From an uncultured Gammaproteobacteria bacterium (GTDB taxonomy: Bacteria > Patescibacteriota > Microgenomatia > 2-02-FULL-39-11): a stretch of 64,000 nucleotides of DNA. Each line of letters opens with the position of its first letter. Within the stretch, counting starts at the first letter, position 1. The stretch spans positions 119,717-183,716 of the forward strand of contig CAZJBV010000001.1 of NCBI GenBank assembly GCA_964544585.1, given 5' to 3'. Under the pieces are notes generated by a model. The model ran no database searches. It was not told the origin of the DNA and worked only from the letters and a program-made list of their open reading frames with translations. The position numbers and the translations under genes were made by a program. Below, one piece after another: positions 48,953-58,920 of this stretch.

Positions 48953-49255
48953 ATGGATTATGAGAAGACCGTTATAGTATTGCCTCCACAGCGCATAGAG
49001 GGGTTTGCTGGATATAATTGGTTTGACTGTGAAATTTTAGGTTCTTTACCGGGAGCGATGTTTACGTTTGTTGCCCTCTTTATTCTTAGTCTTATTGTGT
49101 ACGCTGTGTTTAAGCTTATTTTTAAGAAAACTACAGTAAGATTTTTTAAAGTAACAATTATTATTTTTCTTTTGATCGAAATCTTCTATCTGCTTGCAGG
49201 ATATTTTTGGGGTATTAGACTATTTCCATTTCCTCACCCATTTGCCTGTATTTAG
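48953..49255 (+). CDS. Small membrane protein
   Basis: Two TM helices; start MDYEK. Confidence 0.6.
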   Translation: MDYEKTVIVLPPQRIEGFAGYNWFDCEILGSLPGAMFTFVALFILSLIVYAVFKLIFKKTTVRFFKVTIIIFLLIEIFYLLAGYFWGIRLFPFPHPFACI

Positions 49256-49259
49256 TAGC

Positions 49260-50039
49260 TTAACTCGAGGCGGAGGTGTAGCGGCGCAGAGCAAATTGCC
49301 AGAAGAAGAGGCTTATTAAAATAGATATCCCTGAAACAGCAAATGCAAAAATTACTCCGAAAGGCGAAACTAGTCCTAAGAGAGCTTTTGCCGGGGTTGT
49401 CATCATGATGCCAACTGGTACTATAAATGTGAGAAATCCGCGAACTGGCTCTCGATAGACATCAATTGGGATCCGACCTGTTGAAGTCAGATCACGGTAG
49501 ATCATGACTGCGTGGTCAATTTCTGTAGTTAGTATTCCAAGAGCTAAAACGAGAATATGAAAGGCTGCGGCAATCCCAAGACCTGAAAAAATAAGGAGAA
49601 TAAAAAGAATACTGTCTATGACTGTCGGATGCTGGAGGAGGGCAACCCAAGCTGTGGCAACAATAAAAGGGATGATCATAAAAAGATCAAAGATGTCTGC
49701 ACCTCCTAAAAGCGAGCGAAAAAGAGGACTGATTGGCTTTATCAAAACCAGGTCCAGATTTCCGGAAACGACCAGCTGGCGAAAGCGGTAAACTTCGCGA
49801 AAGAAAAACTGGGAAGTAGTGTCTATGACATTGAATGTCAGGAAAAAGAGAATAGCTTGAGATTGTGTATATCCTGCAATCGTTTGTTGCTTTTGAGTAA
49901 TAATCAGTAAAAAAATCAGAAAGAAAATAAAGCGAAGGGTTTTACCTAGAAGAAAAAGAAGTCCTCCCAGTCTGGAAACGAGCATTGAGGCAAAAGAATT
50001 GAGACTCATCAAATACCAGGTCGAGATATATTTGTTCAT
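49260..50039 (-). CDS. ABC-2 family permease
   Basis: G.LD..L.KP, P...Y, TF..P. Confidence 0.88.
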   Translation of the reverse strand: MNKYISTWYLMSLNSFASMLVSRLGGLLFLLGKTLRFIFFLIFLLIITQKQQTIAGYTQSQAILFFLTFNVIDTTSQFFFREVYRFRQLVVSGNLDLVLIKPISPLFRSLLGGADIFDLFMIIPFIVATAWVALLQHPTVIDSILFILLIFSGLGIAAAFHILVLALGILTTEIDHAVMIYRDLTSTGRIPIDVYREPVRGFLTFIVPVGIMMTTPAKALLGLVSPFGVIFAFAVSGISILISLFFWQFALRRYTSASS

Positions 50040-50045
50040 AGTTTT

Positions 50046-50145
50046 ATGGCTCGACCCCGTTTTTTTGAGGTGCTCGACTGCCCTCCGCCAGCTGGCGGAT
50101 TGCGGGGCCCGCCGCTGCGCTCCTAAAAAAAGGGGTCTTCGCCAT
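50046..50145. repeat. Structured intergenic repeat GAGGTGCTCG...GCTGCGCTCC, copy 2
   Basis: Homologous to 50957-51025 and 1-70. Confidence 0.75.
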
Positions 50146-50148
50146 TGA

Positions 50149-50943
50149 TTATCTTCCTTCGGCTGTGTATAATCTGAGACCTTTTTTCCATAAATATTTA
50201 TAGGCGAAATAGAAAATGAAAAGCCAGAAAATTAAAACAGTAAATCCAGTAATGATTTCATTTCCCGAAAGTCCCCCGATATAAATTTTAAGGGGAAAAT
50301 ACATCATGTAGGGAAAGGGAGTCAACAAGAGAATCTTATATAAATTTTGGGGGAGAATGTCCAAAGGAAATAGACCGCCGGCGAGAAAATCGGAAATAAC
50401 AAAAAATAAAAATCTGTGGGCCCAGGACTCCTGCGTCCAGAAACTGACGAGGCTTAATAAGAAACTCACCATAAAATACATAATGATCCCTAAAATTATT
50501 GAGATAAAAACCCAGGGAAGTATATTTACGCTTTGCGAAATAAAAATGGGCGGACTAAAGATAATGAAAACTAAGGAGACTTCTGCTACAGAAAAAATGA
50601 AATTGAGTGATTTATCGGCTATATCCCGGGCGATCAAGTATTTAAAAATATTAATCGGTTTTGTCAACCAGTTTGAAAGGTTTCCGGTATAAATCAGTTC
50701 GCCAAATTCTTGTGTTTTTGAGGAAAATATAAAAGTTGCGACAATTTGAGAAAGAAGAATATAAGTAAGCATTTGGCTTTCGGAATAACCAAAGACGTTT
50801 GACTGGGAAGAATAAATTGCCTGCCAGAGAAAGAAAAGTATTAAAAGACGCAAAAGTAAGCGGAAGCGCCATAGGGTAAAATTTAATCTATAAGCGGTTA
50901 CCTCAGAGACTGAATTTCTAAATATTTGTAAAAATAATTTCAT
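50149..50943 (-). CDS. ABC-2 family permease
   Basis: YR.NF, G.L...L.KP, G..FPL..LP; start MKLFL. Confidence 0.88.
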   Translation of the reverse strand: MKLFLQIFRNSVSEVTAYRLNFTLWRFRLLLRLLILFFLWQAIYSSQSNVFGYSESQMLTYILLSQIVATFIFSSKTQEFGELIYTGNLSNWLTKPINIFKYLIARDIADKSLNFIFSVAEVSLVFIIFSPPIFISQSVNILPWVFISIILGIIMYFMVSFLLSLVSFWTQESWAHRFLFFVISDFLAGGLFPLDILPQNLYKILLLTPFPYMMYFPLKIYIGGLSGNEIITGFTVLIFWLFIFYFAYKYLWKKGLRLYTAEGR

Positions 50944-50956
50944 ATGAAAACTGTTC

Positions 50957-51025
50957 ACCCTAAATTTTGAGGTGCTCGTCTCTCCCGTAAACAGGAGCCC
51001 TTCGCTGCGCTCCTAAAATTTGGGT
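50957..51025. repeat. Structured intergenic repeat GAGGTGCTCG...GCTGCGCTCC, copy 3
   Basis: ACCCTAAATTTT/AAAATTTGGGT outer stem. Confidence 0.75.
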
Positions 51026-52018
51026 TCACACTTTTGAATTATCTTTTTCTCCAGCAAAAACTCTTCTTATGATATCTTCTATGTCTGGTTCTGTGATGTT
51101 GAGGTCGTCGATTTGGTAAGTTTCCAGAAGTTTGGCGGCAATGTTGTTTGAATCTTTTCTAGAAACGGCAAGTTCGACATGGGGAAAGATAAATTTTTTC
51201 AGATCTCCGAATTTTTCTAATTCGGATCGCGAAACTTCTTTTTCAAAAGTGATCGATAATAATTTTTCTTGGGCGAATTTTTTGACTATATTTTCAAGGA
51301 GTCCATCGAAGATGAGCTTGCCGTGGTCGATGATGATGACTCTTTTACAAAGTTGGCGGACATCTTCCATATAATGAGAGGTTAGAAGAATGGTTGCATG
51401 GTATTCCCTGTTGTAGTCTCTAATAAAATCCCTGATTGTCTTTTGCATGACGACGTCGAGACCGATGGTTGGCTCGTCCATAAAAATGACTTCTGGACTG
51501 TGAAGGAGGGAGGCGATGAGTTCGCATTTCATCCTTTCTCCTAGTGATAATTTTCTAACCGGGACATTGATCAAATCTTTGACTTTTAAAAGTGAAGTAA
51601 GTTTTGTCAGGGTTTTATTAAACTCATTTTCTTCTATTTCGTAGATTTCTTTATTTAAGAGAAATGAGTCCATGGGTGGTAGATCCCACCAGAGCTGGTT
51701 TTTTTGACCCATAATAAGGGAGATTTTTTTTAAGAAATCTTTTTGACGATTGAATGGATTGAAATCTAGAACTGAAATCTTGCCACCGTTGGGATAAAGA
51801 AGGCCAGAGAGACATTTTAAGGTTGTGGTTTTTCCTGCGCCATTTGGGCCAATAAATCCGACTAATTCCCCTTTTTGAATTTCAAAAGAAATGCCGTCAA
51901 CTGCTTTGACGTCGTAGAATTTGCGATTGACGAGAGACTTGAGTGAACCTATGAGTCCAGGTTCTTTTTGGTAGACAGGATAATATTTTTTTAGATGGGA
52001 AACACTGATCGCAATCAT
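51026..52018 (-). CDS. ABC transporter ATP-binding protein
   Basis: GPNGAGKTT, LSLGERM, DEPTIGLD, TSH. Confidence 0.93.
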   Translation of the reverse strand: MIAISVSHLKKYYPVYQKEPGLIGSLKSLVNRKFYDVKAVDGISFEIQKGELVGFIGPNGAGKTTTLKCLSGLLYPNGGKISVLDFNPFNRQKDFLKKISLIMGQKNQLWWDLPPMDSFLLNKEIYEIEENEFNKTLTKLTSLLKVKDLINVPVRKLSLGERMKCELIASLLHSPEVIFMDEPTIGLDVVMQKTIRDFIRDYNREYHATILLTSHYMEDVRQLCKRVIIIDHGKLIFDGLLENIVKKFAQEKLLSITFEKEVSRSELEKFGDLKKFIFPHVELAVSRKDSNNIAAKLLETYQIDDLNITEPDIEDIIRRVFAGEKDNSKV

Positions 52019-52098
52019 AAGGGTTTCTTATTCTAACATAAAAAGAGAGCACCCCAATTAAAGGTAGACTCTCTTTTTATAAAAAACTTTTTGAGTTC

Positions 52099-52371
52099 TT
52101 AGCGAATAGATTTTTTGAGCGCTTTTCCTGCCGTAAAACCCGGAGTTTTTCTGGCCGGAATATTTATAGGAGCGCCTGTTTGGGGATTTCTCCCTTTGCG
52201 GGCGGCTCGAGATCGGACCATAAAAGTACCAAATCCGGTGACGACAACCTTGTCGCCTTTTTTAAGCGAGTCGGTAACCGCTCCAAAGACTGCATTGACT
52301 GCATCTTTGGCTGCTTTGGCTGTGAGACTAGCCTTTTTGGCGACGTGGGCGACTAAATCTGCCTTGGTCAT
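52099..52371 (-). CDS. hup: DNA-binding protein HU
   Basis: GFGTF, RAARKGRNPQTG. Confidence 0.96.
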   Translation of the reverse strand: MTKADLVAHVAKKASLTAKAAKDAVNAVFGAVTDSLKKGDKVVVTGFGTFMVRSRAARKGRNPQTGAPINIPARKTPGFTAGKALKKSIR

Positions 52372-52575
52372 TTTTTAGAAATTCACCTCCTCCGGGCAGG
52401 AGATTTTATGCGATCTTTTGAACAGATCGATTTGACAATCTAATTAAAAATGTATGGTAAATATGTCGCGCTGTCAAGCCCCAAAAACTATATCAAATCA
52501 ATTATATCCGTAACAAAGATTGTCAGGATGAGAAATATTAGGGTATAGATAAGTTAGGGTATAGGGTATAGTTTA

Positions 52576-54069
52576 TTAATGGACAGTCTCTACAACCCGT
52601 AACTCACGAATAATAGTAATTTTTATTTGGCCTGGGAAGGTCGGGAATTTTGCGGCTATCTCCTCCTGAATTTTGTGAGCTAATACTGTAGCACCTGCGT
52701 CATCGATAATTCCGGGATTGACGATGACTCTAATTTCTCTTCCTGCCTGAAGGGCGTAAACACTTTCGACGCCTGGATGTTGTTTGGCTATGTCTTCTAA
52801 ATCTTTTAATCTTTTGACATATTGGTCGTAATCTTCATAACGGGCTCCGGGACGGGCGCCGGAAATGGCATCGGCAATGTAGACTATGACTGCCTCAAGA
52901 GAGGGAAAAGGGATGTCTTCGTGATGAGCGGCAACACAATCAATAACTGATTGAGGCATATTGTTTTTCTTTAAAAGTTCAATTCCCAGCTGGACATGGG
53001 AGCCCTCTTTGTCTGTAATTACTTTGCCTATATCATGAAGTAGACATCCTAGTCGAACGACGTTTACGTCTGCGCCTAGTTCGTGGGCTAGTGCTATACC
53101 GATTTTTGTTTCTTCGAGGGTGTGGGATATCATGTTTTGGCCGTAGGAAAATCTATATTTGAAGCGGCCTAAAAGGGCTACTTTATCTTGTGGCAAATTA
53201 TAGACTCCTACTGCCTGACAGAGTTTTCTTCCTTCTTCAAACATGATTTTTTCGAGCTCTTTTCTCGTTTCTGTGACAATTTCTTCAATTCTTACCGGTT
53301 GGATTCTGCCATCTTTCATAAGTCTTTCAAGTGAAATCCTGGCTATCTCCCTGCGTACTGGATCAAATGAGGAAAATCTGATGACTCCTTCTTCGTCCAA
53401 ATCTACATCTACACCCGTGGCCATTTCAAAAGCTCTAATATTTCTACCCTCTTTGCCTATGATTCTGCCTTTGAATTCTTCATCAGGAAGTTTTATAGTG
53501 GATACTGTATACTCAGAAACGTAGTCTGTGGCACCATGACGCATGGCTTCTATTAGAATCTCGCGGACTTTTTTGTCCGCTTCTTCTTTGGCTTGACTCT
53601 CTGCCTCGCGTATTTTTTTGGCGATTTCTTCTTTTAGTTTTTCTTCCCAGGCACGAAGAATAAGATCGCGGGCTTCGTCGCGGGTCAGGTGGCTGACTTT
53701 TTCGAGCTTTAAGAGAAGCTCTTGTTTAGTTCTGTCCAAAGTTTCAATGCGCTTTTTTATCTCTGAATTTTTGTATTCTATGTCTCGGCTTTCTCGTTCC
53801 AGTTGCCCCATTTTACTATCAACACTTTCTTCTTTTTGTAAAACGCGTCTTTCAATACTCAAAACTTCTTCTCTGAGTCTTCGCGCTTCTTCTTCGGCTT
53901 CTTTCCTTATTCTGAATGCCTCGTCTTTGGCTTGAAGTAAGATGGGGTTTACATCTGGAACTTCTTTGACAACCTCTTTTTTATCAATTGGCTGGACGAC
54001 TTTTTCTTCTTTATCTAGCCTACTTTCAATATTTTCCAATCTTTTGAGAATGGTTTTAAGAATATCCAT
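52576..54069 (-). CDS. rny: Ribonuclease Y
   Basis: Coiled coil, KGRIIGKEGRNIR KH domain, LLHDIGK HD domain, RPGAR. Confidence 0.95.
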   Translation of the reverse strand: MDILKTILKRLENIESRLDKEEKVVQPIDKKEVVKEVPDVNPILLQAKDEAFRIRKEAEEEARRLREEVLSIERRVLQKEESVDSKMGQLERESRDIEYKNSEIKKRIETLDRTKQELLLKLEKVSHLTRDEARDLILRAWEEKLKEEIAKKIREAESQAKEEADKKVREILIEAMRHGATDYVSEYTVSTIKLPDEEFKGRIIGKEGRNIRAFEMATGVDVDLDEEGVIRFSSFDPVRREIARISLERLMKDGRIQPVRIEEIVTETRKELEKIMFEEGRKLCQAVGVYNLPQDKVALLGRFKYRFSYGQNMISHTLEETKIGIALAHELGADVNVVRLGCLLHDIGKVITDKEGSHVQLGIELLKKNNMPQSVIDCVAAHHEDIPFPSLEAVIVYIADAISGARPGARYEDYDQYVKRLKDLEDIAKQHPGVESVYALQAGREIRVIVNPGIIDDAGATVLAHKIQEEIAAKFPTFPGQIKITIIRELRVVETVH

Positions 54070-54240
54070 ATAGACTCCTTATAAATAAATCAATATTGGA
54101 ATTAAATAGCAGATTTAGATCGATGAGGAGATTACTTTTGCACTAAAAAATGACCCGTTGAAGGGTTTCTTGGGTCTTTTGATTCTGCGAAAAGCCGTCT
54201 TCTTATCATCACTAATAAACTATTTAATTATTGTCTTATT

Positions 54241-54726
54241 TTATTCTTTTTTGATCATAGTGTCAATTACATCGTAGATAGTATCCCAGTCAAAACCTCT
54301 TCTTGCCAGGGCTCCTTCCAGTTTTTGTTTTAGTTCGACTTTTGGGAGATTTTTATATAAATTCAGTTTTTTTTGGGCGACTGTGAGAGCTTTTTCAAAT
54401 TCGCTGCGATACAATTTATTTACAGAGAAAAACTCTTCAATATCGGCTGTCGCGATGCCTTTTTGGCGAAGTTCTTGTTTTAAAAGCATTTTTCCTTTGG
54501 GTCGGAAAGTGTCTCTTTGATCGACCCACCATGAAATAAAAGCTTTATCCGAAACTAATTTTCGCTCTTCCAAGTCCGTAATGACTTTGTCGATTGTTTT
54601 TTTGGCGATACCGCGTTTAAAACTATATTGAAAAAGTTTGCCATAGAGTTCTTTTTGGGAACGGGGGCGAATTGATAAAAGTTTTAGGGCTTTATCGATA
54701 AGAAGTTGGTATTGATCTTGATCCAT
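54241..54726 (-). CDS. recX: Regulatory protein RecX
   Basis: R.RS.KEL, EL.QKG, L.RRGF; directly downstream of recA. Confidence 0.9.
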   Translation of the reverse strand: MDQDQYQLLIDKALKLLSIRPRSQKELYGKLFQYSFKRGIAKKTIDKVITDLEERKLVSDKAFISWWVDQRDTFRPKGKMLLKQELRQKGIATADIEEFFSVNKLYRSEFEKALTVAQKKLNLYKNLPKVELKQKLEGALARRGFDWDTIYDVIDTMIKKE

Positions 54727-55754
54727 TAATCAGATTTTTCTCTACCTGTTTTTTCTTTGGCGTGGCCGGTTTTATGTGCTTTATATATTTGTTCCAAAAT
54801 TTCGCGGGCTAATTTATGATTTTCTTTTAAGTACATTTTGGCTGCTTCTCTACCCTGACCGAGCATGGTCGTCCCATACTTTAGAAAAGCGCCGGATTTG
54901 GTGATAATGCTATATTCTAGGCCAACATCGATAAGACCCCCTTCTCTGGATATACCACTACTATCGATATCGAATTCTGCAATTTTGAAGGGAGGCGAAA
55001 CTTTGTTTTTGACTATTCTTACCCTATGACGTGTTCCTACCACCTGATCCCCATCTTTAAGAGTCTCTATTTTCCTGATATCGATCCTAATTGAGGCATA
55101 AAACTTGAGGGCCAAGCCTCCGGGAGTCGTTTCGGGATTGCCAAACATAATGCCTATTTTTTGGCGCAGCTGATTGGTAAAAAGACAAATTGTTTTGGAC
55201 TTGGAGATAACGCCTGTGAGTTTGCGAAGTGCTTGGGACATGAGGCGGGCCTGCATACCCATGACAGCATCACCCATCTCGCCTTCGATTTCGGCTCGCG
55301 GGACTAGAGCTGCGACTGAATCTATAACGACGACATCAACTCCCCCAGACCTTATTAATGTCTCTGCAATTTCTAGGGCTTGCTCGCCTGTGTCGGGCTG
55401 GGAAATAAGAAGATCTTCCAGTTTGACACCCAGTCTTTCTGCCCAGACGGGATCGAGGGCGTGCTCGGCATCAATAAAGGCGGCTACACCTCCGTGCTTT
55501 TGGGCTTCGGCAATAACAGTCAGAGCAAGGGTTGTTTTTCCGGATGCCTCGGGGCCGAATATTTCGGCGATTCGCCCTTTAGGTAAGCCTCCTATTCCTA
55601 GGGCAAGATCGACGGCAATAGAACCTGTGGGGATAACATCAATTGTTAGTTTTTGGGTTGACTCGCCTAATTTCATGATAGATCCTTTGCCGTACTGCTT
55701 TTCTATCTGCTCCATCGCCAGTTTAATTGCTTGGAATTTTTGGTCGTTTGTCAT
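54726..55754 (-). CDS. recA: Recombinase RecA
   Basis: [29 protein letters not shown]. Confidence 0.98.
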   Translation of the reverse strand: MTNDQKFQAIKLAMEQIEKQYGKGSIMKLGESTQKLTIDVIPTGSIAVDLALGIGGLPKGRIAEIFGPEASGKTTLALTVIAEAQKHGGVAAFIDAEHALDPVWAERLGVKLEDLLISQPDTGEQALEIAETLIRSGGVDVVVIDSVAALVPRAEIEGEMGDAVMGMQARLMSQALRKLTGVISKSKTICLFTNQLRQKIGIMFGNPETTPGGLALKFYASIRIDIRKIETLKDGDQVVGTRHRVRIVKNKVSPPFKIAEFDIDSSGISREGGLIDVGLEYSIITKSGAFLKYGTTMLGQGREAAKMYLKENHKLAREILEQIYKAHKTGHAKEKTGREKSD

Positions 55755-55808
55755 TGGGCCTCCTAATGAAATGTGGAAAATGTTTTGAGCAGGAATCGAT
55801 TTTTATTC

Positions 55809-57410
55809 TTACATAGATAATGCTAGAATACAATAGTTCAAAACGGGGTGTAGGTCATCGGTAGACCGCGCGCATGGGGTGCGTGAAGTAGTGGGTTCAA
55901 TTCCCGCCACCCCGACAGATAGAGAGTCCGCGAAGCGGACGGAAGGTTGGGTCTGCGCGCCCCCACTCGCGCAGACTTCTGCAAAGCCCTGATTATATTC
56001 TGGGACAAGCCGCCGATCAGTTAAAAAGAAGTTCGAGCCGACAGTTTTTGCCATGATCGACAGATCATGGGATGTATTTTTTGCGCGCGCGATTTTTGCG
56101 CACGATAGTGCGCTACCAATGAAGTTTTTGAAAGGTTCGAGCCAACTCGAACCATTTTGTTTTATTTGTTCTAATTCTTCACTTATTTTTAATTTTTCTT
56201 CGAAAAATTCGTTCTTTTTTGTCTTGTAAATTTCGGGGTCAATAATTCCTTCTAAGTAACCATCTAAGAGTTTATTAAGTTTTACATCAATATCTTTTAA
56301 TTGCTGCTCTAATTTTAGGGTATTATCGTGAATGGATACAGTCTCTAATTTCTCATCCTCATCTAGCCATTTATACCAATTACTAGCCCATTTTTCTGGT
56401 AATGCAACATCATCAATGGCTTTTCTAAATTGTTGTTCAAGCTCTGGTTCTGAAATGTAAGGTTGATTGCAGGGTTTAATTTTTTTAGTACATCTATAGT
56501 AAACATATTCAACAGTTCTATTTGTTCCTTTGTAGAATTTTTTATGAGATTCAGCGGTAATAGTTGCTCCACACTCTCCACATCTCATTAAACCCATAAA
56601 GGGGAAATTATATCTTCTTTTTTTATGTCTATCCCTAAACTTTAATTCTTGCTGGACTTTTTGGAATAACTCTTTACTTATAATAGTTTTATGAGTACCC
56701 TCGTGATATTCTCCGTTGTAATACATTATGCCTATGTAAAATCTGTCTGATAAAATCTGGCGGATTTGATTTATATGTAGGGGTTTATCAATTTTTCTTT
56801 TAAGGTCAAACTTATATAGAAAGGTCGCAATATCAGTAAAAGTTTTGTCGCCTTCGCTAAATAATTCAAAAGCCTTCTTAATTGCTTTTAGTTTTTCTCC
56901 ATCTACATCTATCCCACGGGTTTTAGGATTATTAATATACCCATAAGGAGCTTTGCCAGGATAAACACCATTGCGGATTTTTTGTCTTAACCCACGTCTT
57001 ACATTTTCAGATAAATTATCCACATAATATTTACTCTGACCAAAGGCAATATTTAACATAAATTTTCCCTGGGGAGTATTTTCAAACCAAGAGGTCGGAA
57101 ATTTTAAGTCCTTCAATTTCCCGGTATCTAAAAGGTAAATTATTTTCCCACCATCTATTGAGTTACGAGCTAATCTATCAGGATGCCACGCAATAATCCC
57201 TTGTATATGACCTTTTTCTATTTTCTTCAAAACTTCCGCAAATTTTTCTCTGCCCGGAATCTTGGCAGTTTTTTCTTCTTCAACAAATTCGGTAATTTCC
57301 AAATGCTCTCTTTTAGCGTATTCTTTTAGCTCGGCAATTTGAGCAGAGATAGATAAAATCTGTTTATCTTTTTCTTCTCTGGATTTTCTACAGTAAGCAA
57401 TGTATTTCAT
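55809..57410 (-). CDS. Large serine recombinase (resolvase + recombinase + Zn-ribbon + coiled coil)
   Basis: YCRKS catalytic Ser, DRLARN, APYGY, CGECG, YYRC; last 34 codons run antisense over tRNA-Pro. Confidence 0.93.
   Translation of the reverse strand: MKYIAYCRKSREEKDKQILSISAQIAELKEYAKREHLEITEFVEEEKTAKIPGREKFAEVLKKIEKGHIQGIIAWHPDRLARNSIDGGKIIYLLDTGKLKDLKFPTSWFENTPQGKFMLNIAFGQSKYYVDNLSENVRRGLRQKIRNGVYPGKAPYGYINNPKTRGIDVDGEKLKAIKKAFELFSEGDKTFTDIATFLYKFDLKRKIDKPLHINQIRQILSDRFYIGIMYYNGEYHEGTHKTIISKELFQKVQQELKFRDRHKKRRYNFPFMGLMRCGECGATITAESHKKFYKGTNRTVEYVYYRCTKKIKPCNQPYISEPELEQQFRKAIDDVALPEKWASNWYKWLDEDEKLETVSIHDNTLKLEQQLKDIDVKLNKLLDGYLEGIIDPEIYKTKKNEFFEEKLKISEELEQIKQNGSSWLEPFKNFIGSALSCAKIARAKNTSHDLSIMAKTVGSNFFLTDRRLVPEYNQGFAEVCASGGAQTQPSVRFADSLSVGVAGIEPTTSRTPCARSTDDLHPVLNYCILALSM
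55844..55915 (+). tRNA. tRNA-Pro(GGG)
   Basis: CGGGGTG/CACCCCG acceptor, CGCGC-ATGGGGT-GCGTG anticodon arm, GTGGG-TTCAATT-CCCGC T arm. Confidence 0.94.
55913..56015 (+). repeat. Inverted repeat A (103 bp)
   Basis: Exact reverse complement of 57518-57620. Confidence 0.95.
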
Positions 57411-57517
57411 TTTTTATTTTCCTCTTATAAGAAGAGTTCTTTTGCGAGCGAAGCGAGCAGTCCCGATGATATATCGGGACAAAATTTTTGCGTTCCTCGT
57501 TTTTTGTTCTTTTTAAC

Positions 57518-57704
57518 CGGCGGCTTGTCCCAGAATATAATCAGGGCTTTGCAGAAGTCTGCGCGAGTGGGGGCGCGCAGACCCAACCTTCCGTCCGCTT
57601 CGCGGACTCTCTATCTGTCGACCTTTTTAAAAAAATCCGAACTCGCTTTAAGTCGAATCGGTAGGCGCGCTACGCGCGCCATCTTATCCGCTCGGCCTTC
57701 GGCC
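57518..57704 (+). repeat. Central composite repeat A'+B (187 bp, intact attP-like copy)
   Basis: 57518-57620 is revcomp of A; 57614-57704 is revcomp of 62488-62578; overlap TCTGTCG. Confidence 0.93.
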
Positions 57705-57850
57705 GAAGCTCTTAAACTGTCGGCCGAACCAGTCCGTAGGACTGCAAAAAACGCAAAAATTTTAAAGAACTTTTGTTATTTCTGTTTGCTTATTCCAATT
57801 TGGCATATTACATTTTGGAATATATCATATACTGTATCTTATTTTCAACT

Positions 57851-58078
57851 ATGAAAAAATCTATTTTTTCGGAGGATCATAAATATTTAGTAAGTCAACT
57901 TAAAAAAGCCAGAGAAGAAGCATCTCTTGAGCAAGAAGAGGTGGCTAAGTTACTTGGAAAAACTCAATCTTATATTTCAAAAATAGAGTCAGGTCAAAGA
58001 AGAATAGACATCGTTCAATTAAAACAATTTGCGAAGTTATACAAGAAAGAGGTTAATTTCTTTATTAAAAAGGCATGA
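57851..58078 (+). CDS. XRE-family HTH regulator (putative R-M controller protein)
   Basis: LKKARE...L.Q..VA..LG..QSYISKIESG.RR; ATGA overlap with the REase gene. Confidence 0.88.
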   Translation: MKKSIFSEDHKYLVSQLKKAREEASLEQEEVAKLLGKTQSYISKIESGQRRIDIVQLKQFAKLYKKEVNFFIKKA

Positions 58079-58920
58079 GAAGAAAAGAAATAATTAAATT
58101 TATCACCGGAATGATCGAAGAAGGTGGATTAACCTTTACTGATTATGCGACTAAACTCGAGGAGATAGTTAATAAACTATCGTTGGAAGATATAAAAATA
58201 AGCCTACTTGAATGTGGCGTAATCCCAGAGTCTTTTAATCACGATTCAACGGAAGAAAAATTATATTCAAAATATTCAGATATGTTACTTGCAAGAGCGT
58301 TCACATTCATCGGAATAGATTCCAAAGTTATTAAAGAAAGAGCAGATGCGGCAGATGTTGAGGGTAAAACTAAAGACTACACTCTTGTTGCAGATGGAAA
58401 GGTCTTTCGGTTAAGCCGAACTGCTAAGAATCAGAAGGATTTTAAGGTCGAAGCGTTAGATAAATGGAGGAACGGTAAAGATTTCGCTTGTTTGGTATCT
58501 CCTCTTTATCAATACCCTAAAAGTAAAAGTCAAATTTATAGACAAGCTATTGGTAGAAATGTTACCTTATTTTCCTATATCCACCTATATTTTATTCTCT
58601 CTCAAAATAAGTCGAACCAGTGCAACTATAAACCCTTATGGTTGGTTAGTAAGAAATTAAAAGGTGCAAAAGGAGCAGTAACTTATTGGAAGGGAATTGA
58701 TAAGACGCTTTGCAAAATCCTAAATAAAAGTCTAAAAGAGCTAGAAGCGATTAAAAAACTTGAGCTTGATTTACTAAAAGAATCTGCAAAAGAAGAAGTG
58801 GCATATATTGAAGGTAAAATTGAAACAATAAAATCATTATCACATACCGAGGCTATTGAGAGATTAATAAAAGCAGAAAAACTTGATCAGAAAATTAATC
58901 AAATAACAAGAATGGCTTGA
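58075..58920 (+). CDS. HindIII-family type II restriction endonuclease
   Basis: IPE..HDSTEEKLYSK, ADVEG...VADGKVFRLSRTAKNQKDFKV, YQYP...SQIY. Confidence 0.85.
   Translation: MRRKEIIKFITGMIEEGGLTFTDYATKLEEIVNKLSLEDIKISLLECGVIPESFNHDSTEEKLYSKYSDMLLARAFTFIGIDSKVIKERADAADVEGKTKDYTLVADGKVFRLSRTAKNQKDFKVEALDKWRNGKDFACLVSPLYQYPKSKSQIYRQAIGRNVTLFSYIHLYFILSQNKSNQCNYKPLWLVSKKLKGAKGAVTYWKGIDKTLCKILNKSLKELEAIKKLELDLLKESAKEEVAYIEGKIETIKSLSHTEAIERLIKAEKLDQKINQITRMA

Noticed and set aside
55174-55788. 204 aa ORF antisense to recA, and similar shadow ORFs elsewhere
   Set aside because: These are antisense shadows of conserved genes.
57504-57854. 116 aa + strand ORF across the central repeat
   Set aside because: It lies on the A'/B repeat, has a TTG start and no recognisable domain.
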